The notes below the pieces were generated by a model. The model did not search any database. It worked only from the letters and a program-made list of their open reading frames with translations, and was not told the origin of the DNA. A stretch of DNA of 62,945 nt, the filler included, from Candidatus Tectimicrobiota bacterium (lineage in GTDB: Bacteria > JACPSX01), in NCBI GenBank assembly GCA_016193065.1. It is 6 parts of 6 records of this genome, joined end to end, with 100 filler letters (N's around TTAATTAATTAA, not from the genome) between each part and the next. Parts side by side here need not be neighbours in the genome. Positions count along the whole stretch, not along the records: positions 48,862 to 58,140 come from JACPSX010000133.1; positions 58,241 to 62,945 come from JACPSX010000145.1; 4 more parts are not named here. One strand, 5' to 3'. The position numbers and the translations under genes were made by a program. Every line of letters begins with the position of its first letter. Position 1 is the stretch's first letter. Of the stretch, positions 57,828 through 62,945 are shown piece by piece.

Positions 57828-58140
57828 ATGGAAATTGAAGTCCAACAGGGGAGCATTTTGGAAGCCCGGGCAGATGCAATCGTCAACGCCGCCAACAGCC
57901 AGGGGGTCATGGGGGGCGGCGTGGCCGGCGTGATCCGGCGGGCCGCGGGTAAAGAAGTAGAAGAGGAAGCCGTTGCCCAGGCTCCAATCCCCGTCGGTTC
58001 CGCGGCTCTGACGGGAGGCGGCAAGACGCGATTTCGGGGCATCATCCATGCTCCCACCATGCCCCAGCCGGCCCAGCGTATTCCCGCGGAAAACGTCTAC
58101 AAGGCCACCGCGGCGGCCCTGCGGCTCGCCGAGGAAAAAG
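57828..58140 (+). CDS. Macro domain protein (3' truncated)
   Basis: DAIVNAANS...GGGVAGVI, IIHAPT. Confidence 0.9.
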
Positions 58141-58431
58141 NNNNNNNNNNNNNNNNNNNNNNNNNNNNNNNNNNNNNNNNNNNNTTAATTAATTAANNNN
58201 NNNNNNNNNNNNNNNNNNNNNNNNNNNNNNNNNNNNNNNNCACCACGCCCCGACCTCGCGTGGGTGTATCCCCGACCACATGAATATCGCGGCGAGGCTT
58301 CCCCCGAACAAAAGCAGGTAGCGAGGCACGACCGACTTCGATCTTTCCGCAATTACACCCCCACCAAGGGCCTACGCCTTGTCACCAAAGCCGCTGCGCG
58401 CCAACCGCGCTGCAAGGCAACATGTAGAGTC

Positions 58432-58701
58432 TCACCGCCGGCCTTCAATGACCGCTTGAGCCACCGAGGGCCCCTTGACCCGCGCTGGGCGAGGAGACCC
58501 ACGGGGCTTACCTCCGCCCCAGCATGCCAGACCCTCCCGAAGCATGGCTTCCACCCGCTGATCCGTGGCGTTCCCGGCGCTTGGCGAGAGAACAGCAACA
58601 GATTTGCCCCTCTCCGTGATCACCAGGCGCTCCCCAGCCTTGACACGCCGGAGATAGTGGCTGAGGCGATCTCTCAACTGCCGGATGCCTACAGTGATCA
58701 T
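58432..58701 (-). CDS. Phd/YefM family antitoxin
   Basis: VGIRQLRDRLSHYLRRVKAGE.LVITERG. Confidence 0.85.
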   Translation of the reverse strand: MITVGIRQLRDRLSHYLRRVKAGERLVITERGKSVAVLSPSAGNATDQRVEAMLREGLACWGGGKPRGSPRPARVKGPSVAQAVIEGRR

Positions 58702-58824
58702 GGTCTTGCCCGTCCCTTCGGGACAGCACTCTGTGTCATTGACCCCGCATTGTCAAGCCGCCGGTCTACAGGGATTCGGCCTAGCAGAACTGGAGGAGGG
58801 AGACAGCGAGCGAAAGGACGGGCT

Positions 58825-59190
58825 CTAGCGGTAGCCGCCGAGACGTACCGCATAGGGTCGGGATGGGGAGAGTCGCTTTCTCTTCGGATCAACGACCAGG
58901 CCCAACGCCTTCAAGGCCTCCACACCCAGGATGGGCTCATCAATTTTTCCGACGCGGATTATTGCGGGTGACTCGCGCCCGTCAACCCGGACAATGGCTA
59001 TATCGTCGCCCAAGTGAATGCTCCTACCGTCCGCAAGACGAACCTTCACGAACCGCCGAGGTCGTTTGATGCCCAGAATCCTCGCCAGGCCTGGAGGAAT
59101 TACCGAGAAGATCGCGCCCGTGTCCACCAGCATCCGAATGGTGGTTGCCTTGTCTGCTCGGAGGCGAACCTTCTGGTAAATGTGGCCCAT
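58825..59190 (-). CDS. Clan AA (retropepsin-like) aspartic protease
   Basis: LVDTGA, ILGVEAL. Confidence 0.82.
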   Translation of the reverse strand: MGHIYQKVRLRADKATTIRMLVDTGAIFSVIPPGLARILGIKRPRRFVKVRLADGRSIHLGDDIAIVRVDGRESPAIIRVGKIDEPILGVEALKALGLVVDPKRKRLSPSRPYAVRLGGYR

Positions 59191-59299
59191 CGTGCGATCC
59201 CCACGGCCATGCTTACTTAAGAAGTTACCAGTTCGGGAAACCTCAATCAACTCGAATTATTCCCCCTTTCCACACAGAATGCGAATCCATGTGAGCTAG

Positions 59300-60178
59300 T
59301 CAACCTGCTGTTGTCCTTGCTGAGTAACCGAGGGGCTCTCCCGTTGCTTCCATTTTCCGAAGCCCGGCTAGCGCAGGCGAGTCAGCATGCCATTCGGCTC
59401 GAATCAGGTGTTTCAAGATTGGATCGGTGTAGGTGTAAGGAAAGCGCAGGTCATAAGTTTGATAGAGCGCAGCGAAGCATGCATTCAGGGTTAATGGGCT
59501 TTCAGGCGTGGGAAACACCGCGAGCAAAGGATTCTCTCTTTTCCCTGTCTTCGTCTTAACGAGGGCCAAACCGACCCCCTCGTATCGCGCATAGTCATTC
59601 CGAACCAGCCTCCTGCCAGCTAGCCCCTCCAGGATCTTCGCATAAGCTTTAATGGCCGGAACGGCATCGCCATTCGGATCAACAGATTTGTCATTCGGTT
59701 TCAACTCTCGATCGTTCGGATCGGTGGCCTTCAGAAAGTGAACGAAACCATAAACGAGGCCCGGATACATAATGTGGATGTTGGCGCAATCACCGATCGC
59801 CTCTTCTGTTCGGTTGACCAAGTTCCGGAATGCCCTGATCGTGCCCTTGACCGAGACAGCCAGCACGGGCCCGATGCCCTCTTTGCTCACAACCAAATCT
59901 ATTCTCTTGCTCTTGAGAGCACCAAGAACTATCTGCTCCCGTTCGTCCTCGACATCGGGTTCAAACGATAAATACCAGTTTCCATCCCGAAAATTGGCCA
60001 TGAGAGGTGGCCTCGGCCTGATATCGGTTGGATGAAAACCTCCCTCGATCACAAACCGCATTGCCAGGTAGCGGTGAAACGGCTTGATGTGTTCGGCGCT
60101 TTCTGTTGAGATCGCCTGAGAGAATGCTCGGGCAGCATTGCCGAGGAGGACGTCTGCAGGAACCTTCAGCTCAGGCAT
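59300..60178 (-). CDS. Putative type II restriction endonuclease (PD-(D/E)xK fold, XhoI/PaeR7I-like)
   Basis: KRIDLVV...AVSVKG...NRTEEAIGD; overlaps the stop of the methylase. Confidence 0.7.
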   Translation of the reverse strand: MPELKVPADVLLGNAARAFSQAISTESAEHIKPFHRYLAMRFVIEGGFHPTDIRPRPPLMANFRDGNWYLSFEPDVEDEREQIVLGALKSKRIDLVVSKEGIGPVLAVSVKGTIRAFRNLVNRTEEAIGDCANIHIMYPGLVYGFVHFLKATDPNDRELKPNDKSVDPNGDAVPAIKAYAKILEGLAGRRLVRNDYARYEGVGLALVKTKTGKRENPLLAVFPTPESPLTLNACFAALYQTYDLRFPYTYTDPILKHLIRAEWHADSPALAGLRKMEATGEPLGYSARTTAG

Positions 60179-61634
60179 AGTGCCTCCAGCGTCGCATGTC
60201 GTCGATGCCGTCCCTCAATGCCGTGGCTTCAGAAGATTTGAGCCTAAGGTTCCCTAATGGCAGACGGACGTTGGCCGCCTCCCGCGGCTCGAGTTTGAGT
60301 AAGCCGCCCCCCAACGGGTGGCCTTCGAGTTCGCAGCTCAGGTCAACCAGCGGATTCGACCAGGCCCGCTGTAATCTAGTAATGCTGCATCCTAGTTTCA
60401 GAGTTACGGCATGAACCGAATTGGTACATACACAACCTGCATCATTGCGCACCAACGCAGGTCGAACGCCGCTCATGTAGGATAAGAAGGCATCCGGGAC
60501 TCGAACGTCGGGAACGGCGTACCAAGGGTCACGGTTGCGGCACTTATAACCCTTTCGAACTTCGCGCCCGGCGGGGCCGTCCAAGTACCTCTTGATGCCG
60601 GGCGTGAGCTCATTGACACCTTTCAGGTCAATTAGCAAGACAGGCTCGTCTCGGCGAAGCCATTTGCGAACAACATTGCCGTCCACCCTGACAGATGGTA
60701 GCTGTTCCCCCTTTCTGATGGTCACCCGCAAAACCTCATCTGGAAAGCCAAGAGACTTTGCTTCAGATGGCCGCAGGTGGAAGAAATCGTTGGCCCCACT
60801 AACATAGCCTATGCCGACGCTGGCTACGTCTGCGAAACGGACGACCTCGCGGCGGGTACTTAAGTCCTGATAGGTCGAAAGCGAATCGGCAGAAAGCAGG
60901 AACTTCCGAAGCCGGTAGCCCGCCTCACGCCATGCGCCCAGCGTGACACGCTTTGTGCGCCGGGGTGGCTGGCCAATCGGGACAAAACGCCCAACGACTG
61001 AAAGCTCAATCGAGTTGGTGTTGCCGCCGAAGCCGCGTGCGTAAAGTAGCCACGCATCTTCTGAAAGCTCGGGGAAAAGCTTCTCTCGAACGGCGATGAC
61101 CTGCACCTCGTCAAAGTGGTCGCACAGAGCTGTGAGCGTGGGGATGGCGTAGGGTGCATGTCCGATCTCCGCAGGCACAACAAACGCCATCCTCCCTCCG
61201 GGCTTAAGCAGCCCCGCCGTCACAACGAGAAACGGCGCCCATGAAGACGCAAGTCCATTGAACCTTGCCCCAAGCCTTGCTGCTGCTTTCAGGGCGCGCT
61301 CGCGGACTACTCCATTAAAGTGCTGATATCGAATGAACGGCGGGTTGCCGGCAGCAGCTTCGAATCGCTCGCGCGTTTCCGAGGCCCAAGCAAAGAATTC
61401 TGCCTCATGGATTAGCGCCCACGGGGCCCTGGTTCTTGCAACTGCCGCAGCATCTTTATGAACTTCCACACCAACCGACGCGCGATGGCAGGCAACGAAA
61501 CGTCCATCGCCGCATGATGGATCGAGAAGGCGGTCGTTCTCCCGCCTGACTACCCAGCCGACCAATCCCCGCGCTACGATCTCCGGAGTCAAGACCTGAC
61601 CGAGGCGCTTTCGGTTTTCGAGAGAGCTCGTCAT
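60171..61634 (-). CDS. N6-adenine DNA methyltransferase (gamma class)
   Basis: LDPSCGDG motif I before GNPPF motif IV; C-terminal GGGLLKLEP. Confidence 0.9.
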   Translation of the reverse strand: MTSSLENRKRLGQVLTPEIVARGLVGWVVRRENDRLLDPSCGDGRFVACHRASVGVEVHKDAAAVARTRAPWALIHEAEFFAWASETRERFEAAAGNPPFIRYQHFNGVVRERALKAAARLGARFNGLASSWAPFLVVTAGLLKPGGRMAFVVPAEIGHAPYAIPTLTALCDHFDEVQVIAVREKLFPELSEDAWLLYARGFGGNTNSIELSVVGRFVPIGQPPRRTKRVTLGAWREAGYRLRKFLLSADSLSTYQDLSTRREVVRFADVASVGIGYVSGANDFFHLRPSEAKSLGFPDEVLRVTIRKGEQLPSVRVDGNVVRKWLRRDEPVLLIDLKGVNELTPGIKRYLDGPAGREVRKGYKCRNRDPWYAVPDVRVPDAFLSYMSGVRPALVRNDAGCVCTNSVHAVTLKLGCSITRLQRAWSNPLVDLSCELEGHPLGGGLLKLEPREAANVRLPLGNLRLKSSEATALRDGIDDMRRWRHYA

Positions 61635-61847
61635 CTCGCCCTTACCCCTCAAATCAGGCCCAGCATCTGCCTCCTGTTCCCGCGCAGCTTGCGTAAAAGC
61701 CCACGGGCTCCCCTGGTGCTGCCACTATCGCTATCATTCCTCTCGACCTGAAAGGGGAAACCGAGGAGGTAGATGGGCGAATTGTACTTTTGGCCGATTG
61801 AGAAAGACAAGGGCTTTTTTCGGGGGATGAGAGCGTGGGGCGTGGAT

Positions 61848-62353
61848 CTATTCTCCCGGGGACACCTCCTCCCGGGAATAATAGAATCCCCCCAGTATGG
61901 ACACTCCAAGGCTACCACCCCTACCAAATAGATCAGGTTCCCCACCGCCTGGTCCCAGTTGAGGAGATTAAGGCGTCCCAGGAGGTAGTTCCAGTCGTGG
62001 AGGGGGTCTTCGCCTCCGAACAGCGGTAGCCGCCGCGTCCGGGCGTCCTTGGCGTACACGGAGACGTCGAAGAGGCTCTGGGCGACCCAGAAGAGCGTCA
62101 CCGCGGCCGAATATTCCTGCCGGTGCACCACGAAGTACACCACGATCCCGGCGGGGATCAGGACCTGTGTGAGGCTGCCGCCCAGGATCCCGATGAACTC
62201 GCCGAAGAGCCCGAAGATCACGTGCCCGGCTTCGTGGAAGACCAGGTCCACCCGATCGAGAAAGCGGAAGGTGCCGGGAGTGGCGGCAGAGACGACCCCG
62301 TAGATGCCGACGAGCGAGATGAACCAGGCCTTGATGGGATTGAGGCGCCTCAC
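61848..62353 (-). CDS. Membrane protein with HExxH motif, probable 1-bp frameshift near 61906
   Basis: FHEAGH, HDWNYLL; hydrophobic tail VSILGGFYYSR continues in another frame to TAG at 61848. Confidence 0.65.
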
Positions 62354-62478
62354 GGCACACCTCTTGTCGTCGGGCACACCTAAGGATCGCAGGGGCTGGA
62401 ATCTGTGGGGACTGCGCGGGGGCACTCCCAATCCCCAGGCGGTGCCCCCGCTCTTCGCATGTGGCCGGACTGACGCTC

Positions 62479-62945
62479 CTATGCCCTGTTGGCCGACCCC
62501 AGCACGGAGGTGTTCTTGTGCTTGATCATCTCGATCAGTTCCTTCCGGGCAGGGCCCAGGTACTTCCGCGGATCGAACTCCTTCGGGTTCTCCATGAGCA
62601 CCTTGCGGACGATCGCCGTCACCACCATCCGGCCGTCGGTGTCAATGTTGACCTTGCAGACCGCCGATTTGGCAGCCTCGCGCAACTGCTCCTCCGGCAC
62701 GCCGGCCGCGCCCTCGATTTTCCCCCCGTACTCGTTGATCATGGCCACGTACTTGGGAAGGACCGAGGAGGCCCCATGCAGGACGATCGGGAAGCCGGGC
62801 AGCCGCCCCTCGATCTCGTGCAGGATGTCGAAGCGCAGGGGTGGCATGCTCTCCCCCGGCTTGGGCCTGAACTTGTACGCGCCGTGGGACGTGCCGATGG
62901 AGATGGCCAGGCTGTCCACGCCCGTCCGGCCGACGAAGTCCTGGA
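62479..62945 (-). CDS. fba: Class II fructose-bisphosphate aldolase (5' truncated)
   Basis: GTSHGAYK, VLHGASS, KVNIDTD, FDPRKYL. Confidence 0.93.
   Translation of the reverse strand, partial: QDFVGRTGVDSLAISIGTSHGAYKFRPKPGESMPPLRFDILHEIEGRLPGFPIVLHGASSVLPKYVAMINEYGGKIEGAAGVPEEQLREAAKSAVCKVNIDTDGRMVVTAIVRKVLMENPKEFDPRKYLGPARKELIEMIKHKNTSVLGSANRA

Noticed and set aside
1-62945. tRNA (including tRNA-Sec), rRNA and sel genes
   Set aside because: None recognised by eye; the Sec machinery must be sought elsewhere in the genome

Overview
GC-rich bacterial draft/MAG sequence made of six contigs joined by artificial N-TTAATTAATTAA-N linkers (21070-21169, 32396-32495, 37860-37959, 48762-48861, 58141-58240), so gene adjacency across linkers is meaningless. 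Content is mostly metabolic and transport genes (RND pump, proS, pfk, chrA/chrB, ABC transporters, two-subunit fumarase, fba), toxin-antitoxin debris, a CHASE2 adenylate-cyclase cluster, an orphan cas6, an RtcA/Clp1/macrodomain cluster and a type II R-M pair. Two signals are missed by the ORF track. (1) Three genes have an in-frame UGA at a Cys-equivalent position, each followed by a hairpin whose loop starts 20-21 nt downstream, so they are probable selenoproteins: a rhodanese-MoeB, a CUAEP-tail radical SAM enzyme heading a NifU/ATP-grasp/SBP/nitrilase operon, and an uncalled 68-aa DUF2892/YgaP-like membrane protein. (2) A motif GTGACC-N5-TGTCAC-N10-TAnnnT occurs three times on the minus strand, next to a WYL regulator and pointing at cas6 or a cas6-like remnant, suggesting a PafBC-style WYL-activated defence regulon. 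All family assignments come from motif recognition by eye; no database searches were run.
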